Below are positions 1-9,286 of a DNA stretch of 64,000 nucleotides, piece by piece. Source of the stretch: Dehalococcoidia bacterium. GTDB taxonomy: Bacteria; Chloroflexota; Dehalococcoidia; Plut-88900. The stretch is from contig OZ240219.1 in NCBI GenBank assembly GCA_965197645.1, forward strand, positions 2,144,001-2,208,000, in the 5' to 3' direction. The notes beneath the pieces are model-generated. The model saw only the letters and a program-made list of their open reading frames with translations. It did no database searches and was not told the DNA's origin. Position 1 is the stretch's first letter; each line of letters opens with the position of its first letter. Made by a program: the position numbers and the translations under genes.

Positions 1-2747
1 TGATTCACGATACCCAGGCCAACACTTCGACAGGCCTTGATGCCGCGGCCGATCACCTCTATCCGGTCGGCGGCATCTCGAGATGGGAGCTTCTCTTCTA
101 CGCTGTGCTCCTCACCGTCGCCGGTGTGATGCGCTTCTGGGACCTGGGCAGCCGGGCCATACACCACGACGAGAGCCTCCACGCCTTCTTCAGCATGGAC
201 CTGATCGGCGGGTTCAAGCACAATCCGCTGATGCACGGCCCCCTCCAGTTTTTTGGCATCAGCGCATTCACCAACGTATTCGGTTCCAGCGATGCTGCCG
301 TTCGAGCCCTGGCTGCTTCCCTGGGCACGATCTTGGTAGGCCTGCCCGTATTTCTTCGCAGCTACCTCGGCCGATGGGGCAGCATCATCGCCAGCCTGTT
401 CCTCGCCTTCTCCCCGACCTTGCTGTACTACAGCCGGTTCGCCCGCAACGACATCTACATAGCCGTTTGGACCCTGGGCCTGATCATCTGCGTGTGGGGC
501 TACCTGAGCAGCGGCAAGGCCAGGTACCTGTACGTAGGGGCCGCGGCCCTCAGCCTGAGCGTGGCCACCAAGGAGAACACCTACATCACCGTCATAATTC
601 TAGTCAGCTACCTGTTCATCCTGTGGCTCCGGCAGCCCTTCGCCGAACCCGAGGCGGCAGGCCAAAGTACAGGTGGAATATCCAGCGTTCCGCCGCGTCT
701 CCGGTCTTTCCTGTCTCGAACAGCCGAGTATCTGGCCTTCGCCCGCCGGCTTCTCATTCCGTCTGCTGTCCTCTTCACCATTGCCGCGGCCTGGGTCGCC
801 TCGTCCATCCTATGGTCGCTGGACATTTACGGCATGATCGGCAGGGTGGACTTTACCTTCAGCGTGATCTCGCTGCTCGTTGCCGTAGGCGCCTATTTCG
901 TAATAATTGCCTGGGCGCCCGTCCTCCGAGGTCCCGTCTCGTCACTTGCCGATAAACTAGCGGCCCTAGCTCTTGGAAAACCCGAAGCAGGCCGTTTTCG
1001 GAGGCTCCTTCAAGGGCCGTCCGTCAGTCGCTTGTCCCGGCCGGGCGCCCTCTGGCTCCTCATCCTCCTGCTCATGCTGCCCCTGACCGCTGCAGGCCTG
1101 GGACTGGTGCAGGAGTCTTTGGACCTGACCCTGGCCAACCCCAACGCTCTCGGGGGTGCGCCTGAGGGCCACAAACCCGGCTTCCCCGATGGTGTGCCGG
1201 TGGGAAACATCAGTCTCGCCGTGGCCATTGGGCTGGTCATTCATCTGCTGGTCATTGCCGTTGCCGTCGGGCTGAAGTGGCATTGGAAGCGGTTCCTGGT
1301 CAGCAGTCTAATTTTCTGGGGGATATTCGTCTTCTTCTTCACCACCATATTCACCAACCTCGGCCAGGGGCTTGGAAGCGGTTTATGGCAGTCTCTCGGC
1401 TACTGGATCGCGCAGCAGGAAGTCGAGCGCGGAGCTCAGCCCTGGTACTACTACGGCCTGCTGACCCCCGCCTACGAGTTTCTGCCCCTCGTCATCGTCC
1501 TGGGCGGCGCAGGCTGGTATCTCTTTTCGCAGTGGACCTCCAATATGTACCGCTTCTGGCTGGTCCACGCAGTCCTAGTCTCTCTGTTCTTCTTGCTCCT
1601 TCTCTCCACCTTCTGGATGCCCGATTCCAATGGCCATCAGCTGGTGCTTGGACTCCTGTTCCTCGGCTTCTCCGTCACGATTTTGGCCCTGTACCTCTTC
1701 GCTGACCGTTCCTTCCTGCACAGCCGTGTCTTCATCGCCGACGTAGCCATGCTGCTGCTTTACATGCTCAACTGGGTCATCCCCAGGGTCCTCGAGCTAC
1801 GAGACCTCCCCGTGTTCAGCCACCTCTGGGACGCCCGCTCCCCGCTGATAGTCATCATCCTGATGGTGTCCATCGCTTTGATCACGTACAAGACCGTGTC
1901 CAAGGAGGGGAAGTTCACCTGCTTCCTGGTCTACTGGCTCGCCCTTACCCTCGTCCTGTACGGCTTTGCCGGCGAGAAGATGCCCTGGCTTATGGTCCAC
2001 ACCGCTCTCCCTCTCGCCATTCTGGCAGCCAAGATCCTGGGCACCCTGTTGAAGCGAATCGACCTTCGACGGACCAGCTTGAACCCTCGATGGTTGATGG
2101 GCCTGGCCGGGGTCCTACTGATAGGGATGCTGACCTTCCATACGGTTCGGGTGTCCGTTGAGGCCAGCTATGGCATAGGCCGGGAGGGCAAGGGCGATAT
2201 TCCCATCGAGATGCTGGTCTACACCCAAACCTCGCCCGACATCAAGGCCGCCCTCGCCCGCATAGATGATTTGGCGGCGAGCGGTGACAAGGGCGAATTG
2301 CTGCCCATCCTCGTTGATCGCACCAACGGGTTCGGGTACCCCTGGCGCTGGTACCTGCGAGACTACAAGACGGTGCAGTGGCTCTGCCTGGAAAACAATC
2401 CCAACGACAATGACTGCAACCCCATGTCCGAGACCCCCACCGCCGACGTCCTAATCGTGCACCATCGCAATCGTGATGCATCCATACAGTTTCTAACCGA
2501 GTTCGATGACGGGCAGCGGATAAGACACCGGGCCTGGTTCCCCGAGTTCGAGACGTACAAGGAGGGATTCGGCGCAATGTCTCTGCACCGGTTCTTCAGC
2601 AGCCTGGCCAGCGCCGATAGCTGGAGGCAGTGGTGGAACTACTTCGCCTTCCGGGAGCTGGATGACGACAAACCCACAGGCTCCGAGGACTCGGTCCTTT
2701 TCTTCCGCCTCGAGAGCGGCGCCCCCGCCGAAAGTCGTCGGGACTAG
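1..2747 (+). CDS. TIGR03663/Agl23-like GT-C (PMT-type) membrane glycosyltransferase; start probably at or just before the window edge
   Basis: Motifs RFWDLG..HHDESLH, HNPLMHGP, YYSRFARNDIY, TKE, EKMPW, PWRWYLR and many TM helices. The frame is open from position 3, upstream of the listed start at 105. Confidence 0.8.
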   Translation, partial: IHDTQANTSTGLDAAADHLYPVGGISRWELLFYAVLLTVAGVMRFWDLGSRAIHHDESLHAFFSMDLIGGFKHNPLMHGPLQFFGISAFTNVFGSSDAAVRALAASLGTILVGLPVFLRSYLGRWGSIIASLFLAFSPTLLYYSRFARNDIYIAVWTLGLIICVWGYLSSGKARYLYVGAAALSLSVATKENTYITVIILVSYLFILWLRQPFAEPEAAGQSTGGISSVPPRLRSFLSRTAEYLAFARRLLIPSAVLFTIAAAWVASSILWSLDIYGMIGRVDFTFSVISLLVAVGAYFVIIAWAPVLRGPVSSLADKLAALALGKPEAGRFRRLLQGPSVSRLSRPGALWLLILLLMLPLTAAGLGLVQESLDLTLANPNALGGAPEGHKPGFPDGVPVGNISLAVAIGLVIHLLVIAVAVGLKWHWKRFLVSSLIFWGIFVFFFTTIFTNLGQGLGSGLWQSLGYWIAQQEVERGAQPWYYYGLLTPAYEFLPLVIVLGGAGWYLFSQWTSNMYRFWLVHAVLVSLFFLLLLSTFWMPDSNGHQLVLGLLFLGFSVTILALYLFADRSFLHSRVFIADVAMLLLYMLNWVIPRVLELRDLPVFSHLWDARSPLIVIILMVSIALITYKTVSKEGKFTCFLVYWLALTLVLYGFAGEKMPWLMVHTALPLAILAAKILGTLLKRIDLRRTSLNPRWLMGLAGVLLIGMLTFHTVRVSVEASYGIGREGKGDIPIEMLVYTQTSPDIKAALARIDDLAASGDKGELLPILVDRTNGFGYPWRWYLRDYKTVQWLCLENNPNDNDCNPMSETPTADVLIVHHRNRDASIQFLTEFDDGQRIRHRAWFPEFETYKEGFGAMSLHRFFSSLASADSWRQWWNYFAFRELDDDKPTGSEDSVLFFRLESGAPAESRRD

Positions 2748-2898
2748 TCGGCCCTCCCATCTGCTCTTCCGTTTGCCCCTCTCCACCCACCCAACCTATA
2801 ATTGGTGCGTTACTATCTTCACAGAGCCTGCCGGCACGCCGCCTGCAAGCAAGGAACTCCCGATAGGTAAGCCGACCCCCAGCAGGTAAACTAATCTA

Positions 2899-3972
2899 TT
2901 GTTAAGCTCTAAGCGATTTTGGTTGGGCCTCCTAGTAAGCGGCCTCTTTCTCGCCCTTTTCCTCTACGGCATCGACTATCCTCGGACCGGCGAGGCGCTG
3001 CAGGGCGCCAACTACATCTATGTCCTACCGGCCATCGCAGTCTACTTCGGTTCCCTCTTCTTTCGTACATACCGGTGGCAGTTCCTGCTCCGGCACCTGC
3101 GGCCCCTTTCCATGGCCCGCCTCTATCCGGTGGTCGTGATCGGGTACATGGCCAACAACGTTTTGCCCGTGCGGCTGGGCGAGGTCGCCAGGTCCTACTA
3201 CCTGAGCAAGCAGGAGAACGTCAGCGCCACCTCTACCCTCGCCACCGTGGGCGTCGAGAGGGTCTTCGACGGGCTGACCCTCATGTTCTTCGTGCTGGTG
3301 GTCTGGCCCTTCCTGCCGCTGGGCGATTTCTTCAAGGATGATGCGGGCGCTATCGAGCTGGTAAGGACCATCGGCGGCGCAGTGGTAATGGTAATGTTCG
3401 TGGTAGCCATTGTGTTGTTCGTAGCCGTGACAACCTACCCGACTTTGGGGCGCAGGTTGACCACCCTGCTACTGGTCTTCGTTCCCGGTCGCTTCAAGGA
3501 CACCGTCCGCATGCTCTGCGAGCAGTTCATCCGTGGCCTGGAGTCCCTGAACAGCCCGGGTAGGCTGTTTATCATCTTCGTCCTGTCCATTCCAATCTGG
3601 ATGATGGAATCGGTGATGTACTACCTGATCACCTTGTCCTTCGACCTGGACGCTTCCTTCGCCCTCATCATGCTCACCACTGCCACCTCAAATCTGATCG
3701 GCGCCATTCCCAACACCTCGGGCGGGATAGGAACCTTCGAGTGGGCGACCAAGGTCACCCTGGTCTCATTCGGCATTCAGACCGAGCCAGCGGTGGCCTA
3801 CGCCGCCGCCCTTCACGTAGTCCTGTGGCTGCCGGTTGTCATTGCAGGGCTGGTCTACCTTTGGACCCATCACGGCTCTCTCGTAGAGATACTCAGGCAG
3901 CGACCCGTAGCCGAGCTGGCCGACGGCCCCGCCGTCCAGGCTGCTTCGCTGAAGGGAGATAGCGAAAAGTGA
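2899..3972 (+). CDS. Lysylphosphatidylglycerol synthase TM domain / UPF0104 putative flippase
   Basis: RW..LL, GYMANNVLPVRLGEVAR, ERVFDG, P.TSGGIGTFE motifs. Confidence 0.85.
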   Translation: MLSSKRFWLGLLVSGLFLALFLYGIDYPRTGEALQGANYIYVLPAIAVYFGSLFFRTYRWQFLLRHLRPLSMARLYPVVVIGYMANNVLPVRLGEVARSYYLSKQENVSATSTLATVGVERVFDGLTLMFFVLVVWPFLPLGDFFKDDAGAIELVRTIGGAVVMVMFVVAIVLFVAVTTYPTLGRRLTTLLLVFVPGRFKDTVRMLCEQFIRGLESLNSPGRLFIIFVLSIPIWMMESVMYYLITLSFDLDASFALIMLTTATSNLIGAIPNTSGGIGTFEWATKVTLVSFGIQTEPAVAYAAALHVVLWLPVVIAGLVYLWTHHGSLVEILRQRPVAELADGPAVQAASLKGDSEK

Positions 3973-5297
3973 ACATCGGTGTGATAGGCGCCGGGGCGGC
4001 AGGTCTCGCCGCGGCCTATGACCTGGCTAAGAAGGGCCACAAACCGGTCGTATACGAGGCCAGCCCCTACGTTGGCGGTCAGGCCGCAACCTTCGACGTG
4101 GGCGGCGGCCGGCTGGAGAAGGGCTACCACCACCTCTTCACCAGCGACACCCATATGACCTCCCTCATCGAGGAGATAGGCCTGGGGCACAAGCTCAACT
4201 GGATCGAATCGAAGGTCGGCTTCTACCACGGCGGCAAGCTCTACGACTTCGTTTCGCCAGTGGACCTGCTGAAGTTCTCTCCCATCAGCATGGTCGATAG
4301 GGTCAGGCTGGGCTTCATCAGCCTGCTGCTCCAGCGGACGAAGAACTGGCGCAAGTTCGAAGGGGTCACGGCCTCCCAGTGGATCAAGAAATGGGCGGGC
4401 AAACGTAACTACGACGTGGTGTGGGGCCCGCTGCTGCGGGGCAAATTCGGTGACAGCGCCGATGAGGTGGGCATGGCCTGGTTCTGGGGCAAGATATACC
4501 TTCGGTTCGCCTCCCGGGGCAAGGGCATGCAGAAGGAGAAGCTGGGATATCCCATGGGAAGCTTCGGTGAGGTATTCGAGGTCCTCGCCGACAAGATAAG
4601 GGGCATGGGCGGCGAGGTCCATCTCTCCACACCCGTCACCGAGATCAAGGTGGAAGACGGCAGGGCCGTCGGGGTGGAGATGAAGAGGAAGAACGGCGAT
4701 GCCGTCTTCCGAGACTTCGACCTGATCATCTCCACCACCCCTTCCTATGTCTTCCCACGCCTTGTGCCCAGCCTACCCGACGAATACGTCCGGCAACTGA
4801 CCCAGACCAAGTATCACGCCGCCATCCTGGTGGTGCTGGTGTTGAAACATCCCCTTTCTCACATCTACTGGCTCAACCTCTCGGATAACGAGATTCCCTT
4901 CCTGGCCGTGATCGAGCAGACCAATTTCGTCGATAAGTCCCTATACGGTGGGAAGCACGTCGCCTATCTCTCCAACTACCTGGGCAAAGAGAACCCCATG
5001 TACAGCATGTCCCAGGAGGAGCTGCTGGAGGAGTACGTACCCCATCTCCAGAAGATCAACCCTGCCTTCGAGCGGGACTGGATCGAGGAGTACTCCTACC
5101 ATCGGGAAGAGGCTGCCCAGCCCATTATCACCACCAACTACTCGGCCAAGATCCCCGATATGCGCACCCCCATCAAGGAGCTCTACCTGGCCAACACCAC
5201 CCAGATCTATCCCGAGGACCGGGGCACCAACTACAGCGTCCGTTTGGGGGAACGGGTCAGCAGGATGGTCATCGAGGACCATCCAGATCGGCTCTAG
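3969..5297 (+). CDS. FAD-dependent oxidoreductase, protoporphyrinogen oxidase/amine oxidase-like
   Basis: N-terminal GAGAAGL Rossmann motif, GGQA, YHHLF, C-terminal QIYPEDRGTNYS; overlaps the previous stop (GTGA). Confidence 0.8.
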   Translation: MNIGVIGAGAAGLAAAYDLAKKGHKPVVYEASPYVGGQAATFDVGGGRLEKGYHHLFTSDTHMTSLIEEIGLGHKLNWIESKVGFYHGGKLYDFVSPVDLLKFSPISMVDRVRLGFISLLLQRTKNWRKFEGVTASQWIKKWAGKRNYDVVWGPLLRGKFGDSADEVGMAWFWGKIYLRFASRGKGMQKEKLGYPMGSFGEVFEVLADKIRGMGGEVHLSTPVTEIKVEDGRAVGVEMKRKNGDAVFRDFDLIISTTPSYVFPRLVPSLPDEYVRQLTQTKYHAAILVVLVLKHPLSHIYWLNLSDNEIPFLAVIEQTNFVDKSLYGGKHVAYLSNYLGKENPMYSMSQEELLEEYVPHLQKINPAFERDWIEEYSYHREEAAQPIITTNYSAKIPDMRTPIKELYLANTTQIYPEDRGTNYSVRLGERVSRMVIEDHPDRL

Positions 5298-5321
5298 TCA
5301 GCGGCAGAAGAGCGGCCGTGC

Positions 5322-6794
5322 TCAGGTCGCCTTGGTCGCTGGTAGTGGCACGGGCGCCGCACTCTTGTAGAAATAGGCGAACACCGCTCCTCCCAGCAGG
5401 ACGAATACCACCGTCAAGGCAGCGAACTCGAACCCGTGGACGTACGCGGCCTGGGATTCGGCCGCGGGTAGGAGTTCGACGGCCGCAGGCAGGACCATAG
5501 ATAGCGCTACTGCGGAGGCCGTCGCCCCAAAGGCGTGTCCCAGCTCCCTGGTGGTTTCCAGCATTCCTGAGGATACGCCCCGATGCTCCAGCGGCAACGC
5601 GCTCATAATCGCGGCGTTGTTGACAGGGTTGAACACGGACGTCCCGAACGATATGGGTATCATCATCAGGGGCAACGCCCAGAAGGGGACCTGCCCGGCC
5701 AGCAGTCCGAAAACTAGAAATCCGCACGCAATGGTCGACATCGCTCCCGGCCGCAGCAGCTTTGGCCCGTACTTATCGTACATCCACCCCGCCCCCAACG
5801 GCAGCAGCAGTCCCAGCGTTTGGTTCGGGACCAGGACCACCATGACCATGAGGGGCGCTTTGCCGAATCCCTCCTCCACCAGGATGGGCATCAGGGTCAT
5901 CGTGGCAAGCATCGAGAAGTGAAAGGCTACGTTGGCGGTCAGTCCCAGCGAAAAATACTTCTCCCGAAAGTGCCTCAGGTCTATCAGCGGGTGTTTGACC
6001 CTCCACTCCACCAGGACAAAGGCTGCCAGCAGGACCAGGAACAGCCCGTGCATCGGCAGGTGATAGGAGAGAGCATCGGAGCTGGTGAAGGACTCCTCTC
6101 CCCCGTGCATATGGACTCCCGAGAGCACCAGCGTGGACACCGTGGCAACCAGCAGAATGCTCCCGATGATATCGATCCCGCCCAGCCGTTCGTGCTTCAC
6201 CCTGACCTCGTGCAGCACCATAGGCAGGGTGACCAGAATCGCTATCACGCCGATGGGCACGAAGGACAGAAATGCTATCTTCCAGGTGGCGAACTGCAGC
6301 GATAGGCCGAAGGACGCCAGCCCGAACAGTGTTCCAAACCGAGACCCGATGATCGGCACGGCGAAGGCCCGGCCCCGCTCTCCCACGGGGAAGGTGGCAA
6401 CCAGGATGGCGTTGGAGTTGGCCGTGATCAGCGCCGCGCCGAAACCGCCCAGCGCTCGGAAGATGACCAGGTCCATGAGGCTTCGCGAGAAAACGCTGAG
6501 GAGCGCCGCCAGTGTTGCGGCCACCACTCCCAGGAAGAAGAGACGTATGTGGCCGAACTCGTCGCCCATGCGGGCCGCCAGCAATACGGTGCTCCCCAGC
6601 GTGAGGAGGTAAACGATCACGATCCACGCCGCCTCGTCGACATCGACGTTGAAGTCATCAGCCAGCGTGGGCAGTGAAAGGGCGACGGGCAGGCTGGACA
6701 TCTGCACCAGCAGGTACCCGCTGGAGACGCCCATCAATACCTCTCGCCTCTGGGATGACGATACTAGCGGTCGGAGGGCATCGGGAAGTCTCAT
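5322..6794 (-). CDS. MFS transporter, DHA2-like (about 14 TM)
   Basis: ARMGDEFGH motif A, FRALGGFG, FPVGERGRA, PLIDLRHF. Confidence 0.85.
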   Translation of the reverse strand: MRLPDALRPLVSSSQRREVLMGVSSGYLLVQMSSLPVALSLPTLADDFNVDVDEAAWIVIVYLLTLGSTVLLAARMGDEFGHIRLFFLGVVAATLAALLSVFSRSLMDLVIFRALGGFGAALITANSNAILVATFPVGERGRAFAVPIIGSRFGTLFGLASFGLSLQFATWKIAFLSFVPIGVIAILVTLPMVLHEVRVKHERLGGIDIIGSILLVATVSTLVLSGVHMHGGEESFTSSDALSYHLPMHGLFLVLLAAFVLVEWRVKHPLIDLRHFREKYFSLGLTANVAFHFSMLATMTLMPILVEEGFGKAPLMVMVVLVPNQTLGLLLPLGAGWMYDKYGPKLLRPGAMSTIACGFLVFGLLAGQVPFWALPLMMIPISFGTSVFNPVNNAAIMSALPLEHRGVSSGMLETTRELGHAFGATASAVALSMVLPAAVELLPAAESQAAYVHGFEFAALTVVFVLLGGAVFAYFYKSAAPVPLPATKAT

Positions 6795-6903
6795 GGGAGC
6801 TCTGGAGAAACGGCGCTGCTAACCTTCAAAGCGGCTTGCACCAATATAGCACCTCCTACCCGGCTGTCCAATCGGCCTCTGCCGTTTTGTCCCTTCGCCC
6901 CGC

Positions 6904-6932
6904 TTGAACTGCCGCCTAATCTGGGGCATAAT
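6904..6932 (+). promoter_or_regulatory. sigma70-type promoter of the nuoEF/FDH-like operon
   Basis: TTGAAC-N17-CATAAT. Confidence 0.5.
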
Positions 6933-6944
6933 ACGGCCAGCGGT

Positions 6945-6962
6945 TAGTTAGAAAAATCACGA
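6945..6962. promoter_or_regulatory. Rex-like operator candidate
   Basis: TAGTTAG-AAAA-ATCACGA; 9/14 match to TTGTGAA-N4-TTCACAA, just downstream of the promoter. Confidence 0.35.
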
Positions 6963-6986
6963 CCATTCCCAGCCCCTCCAGATTGG

Positions 6987-7457
6987 GTGGCCTCTTTGAT
7001 CGACAAAATCCGGCTAGCGCTCCAGCGACAGGATGAGGAAGAGGTGACCGTCCTCTCCTCCCTTATCGAGGTGCAGAACGAGATCGGTTACCTGCCGGAA
7101 GAGGCCATCGCCATGGTTGCCGAGTTCACCGGGGCCTCCACCAATGACGTATTCGGCGTCGCCACCTTCTACACCCACTTCCGCTTCGAGCCTCCCGGCG
7201 CCCACACCCTGGAAGTCTGCTGGGGCCCCTCCTGCCACCTGCTGGGCGCACCCGAGATAATCCAGACCGTCCAGCGGGAGTTGGAGTTGGACGAAGAGGG
7301 AACCACATCCGATTCTCAGTTCACCTGGAAGCGCAGCTCCTGCGCCGCAGCCTGCGCTCATGCCCCGGTCCTCATTCTGGATGAAAAGGTGTACGGCCGC
7401 CTCACCCCGGAGAGCACGAAGGAGCTATTGACCAACTCCAAGAACGGCGCCGGATAG
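6987..7457 (+). CDS. NuoE/HydC-like [2Fe-2S] subunit
   Basis: GVATFY, CWGPSC...CAAAC..AP thioredoxin-like 2Fe-2S motif. Confidence 0.9.
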   Translation: MASLIDKIRLALQRQDEEEVTVLSSLIEVQNEIGYLPEEAIAMVAEFTGASTNDVFGVATFYTHFRFEPPGAHTLEVCWGPSCHLLGAPEIIQTVQRELELDEEGTTSDSQFTWKRSSCAAACAHAPVLILDEKVYGRLTPESTKELLTNSKNGAG

Positions 7458-7508
7458 ATGACCTACGTCAGTGCTGACTAAACTCCAGGCACGAGTTGCC
7501 CAAAGGCT

Positions 7509-9224
7509 ATGACAAACACATTCGCAGAGCTGCAAGAGAAGGCCCAGACCGGCTGGGACGCCATACTGAAGGCCGATACCACCCAGATCTTCGTCGGTAC
7601 CGCCACCTGTGGCCGTGCCGCCGGCGGACTACAGGTAATCGATGCCCTCCGTCAGGCCCTGTCGGACAGTAGCCTCAATGCCGAGATCTACGAGGTCGGG
7701 TGCAACGGACTCTGCTTCGCAGAGGTTCTGGTAGACATAATCAAAGCGGGTCGTCCGAGGATTTCCTATCGCAACGTCACACCGGACATCGCCCGGCAGC
7801 TGATAGAAGACTACCTGGTCAATGACAATCCCCGTACCGACCTCGCCATGTCCGTCATCGGGGAAGGTTCCGTGGACAGCGTGCCCACCTTCTCAGACCT
7901 GCCCGAGATGAAGTCCCAGGTGCGGGTGGCCATGCGCAACTGCGGACTCATCTCCCCCTTCGACATCGATCATTACCTGGCCAATGGCGGCTACGCCGGC
8001 CTCCACCGCTGCCTCACCGAGCTGACCCCCGAAGAGGTGCTGGAGGAGCTGAAAAAGTCGGGCCTGCGGGGCAGAGGAGGCGCCGCATTCCCCACCTCCC
8101 TGAAGTGGAGCTTCATCGCCAACGCTCCGGGCCCCGTCAAGTACCATCTCTGCAACGCCGAGGAGGGCGACCCGGGCGCCTACAACGACAAGACCCTGCT
8201 GGAAAGCGACCCCCTCACCGTCATCGAAGGGATGACCATTGGGGGATACGCTACCGCTGCCAGCAAGGGCTATATCTTCATCCGTTGCCTCCACTTCGAC
8301 GTGATCAAGCGGGTCCAGTCCGCCCTCGATCAGGCTCGAGAGTACGGCCTGCTCGGTGGTAACATCCTCGGCACTGATTTTAGCTTCGATATCGTCATCT
8401 CTCAGACAGGAGAGTCCTACGTCTCCGGGGAGGAGACAGCCCTCATGGAGTCCATAGAGGGCAAACGCGCCATGCCCCGCTACCGCCCGCCCTTCCCGGC
8501 GCAGGTGGGCCTGTGGGGTAAGCCCAGCAACATCAACAACGTAAAGACCTACGCCTACGTTCCCGAGATTCTGGCCAAGGGCGGAGACTGGTACGCAGGC
8601 ATCGGCACCGAGAAGAGCAAGGGCACAGCCCTCGTTTGCCTGACCGGCAACATCGAGAAACCTCAGCTGGTCGAGGTGCCCTTTGGCCTGACCCTGCGAC
8701 AGGTCATCGACGACATTGCCGGCGGCGTAAGCCCGGGCAAGGAGATCAAGCTTCTGCAGACCGGCGGCCCGCTGGGAGGCTTCCTGGGGGCATCCAAGCT
8801 GGACGTAGCCCTGGACTTCGATGAGATGGCCGCCGCCGGCGCCATCCTCGGTTCCGGGGGCATAATCGTCGGCGATGAGAGCTCTTGCGCCGTCGAGATG
8901 GCTAAAGTACTCGCCGATTTCAACAACGAGGAGTCCTGCGGCAAATGCTTCCCCTGCCGCCTGGGCGCCAAGCACATCCTGGAGGCCCTGGAAAGGATGA
9001 CCCGGGGCGAGGCCAACGACGGTGATGTCGAGAAGCTGCTAGGCCTCAGTGGAACGCTTCTCACCTCGTTGTGCGGGCATGGCCAGCTATCGGTCAACCC
9101 CATCAGGTCGGCGGTCAACTTTTTCAAAGAGGAGCTGGATGCCCATATTCTTGACAAACGGTGTCCCGCCGGCCGTTGCCGGGACCTGGTAGGCCAGGGG
9201 AGCCCTCCCGCAAGTGCAGCGTGA
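7509..9224 (+). CDS. NuoF/HydB-like FMN/NADH-binding subunit with N-terminal thioredoxin-like 2Fe-2S domain
   Basis: GLRGRGG, CNAEEGDPGA, YVSGEETAL, ESCGKCFPCR..LCGHG; no C-terminal 2x[4Fe-4S] domain. Confidence 0.9.
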   Translation: MTNTFAELQEKAQTGWDAILKADTTQIFVGTATCGRAAGGLQVIDALRQALSDSSLNAEIYEVGCNGLCFAEVLVDIIKAGRPRISYRNVTPDIARQLIEDYLVNDNPRTDLAMSVIGEGSVDSVPTFSDLPEMKSQVRVAMRNCGLISPFDIDHYLANGGYAGLHRCLTELTPEEVLEELKKSGLRGRGGAAFPTSLKWSFIANAPGPVKYHLCNAEEGDPGAYNDKTLLESDPLTVIEGMTIGGYATAASKGYIFIRCLHFDVIKRVQSALDQAREYGLLGGNILGTDFSFDIVISQTGESYVSGEETALMESIEGKRAMPRYRPPFPAQVGLWGKPSNINNVKTYAYVPEILAKGGDWYAGIGTEKSKGTALVCLTGNIEKPQLVEVPFGLTLRQVIDDIAGGVSPGKEIKLLQTGGPLGGFLGASKLDVALDFDEMAAAGAILGSGGIIVGDESSCAVEMAKVLADFNNEESCGKCFPCRLGAKHILEALERMTRGEANDGDVEKLLGLSGTLLTSLCGHGQLSVNPIRSAVNFFKEELDAHILDKRCPAGRCRDLVGQGSPPASAA

Positions 9225-9286
9225 GGAATTCGCGGTAGCGCTCCGGTACGTACGGCAGCTAAGCAGGGACTAGAACTGAGGACTTC

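Noticed and set aside
2807-2824. Fourth Rex-like site before the flippase gene
   Set aside because: Only one good half-site and no redox context
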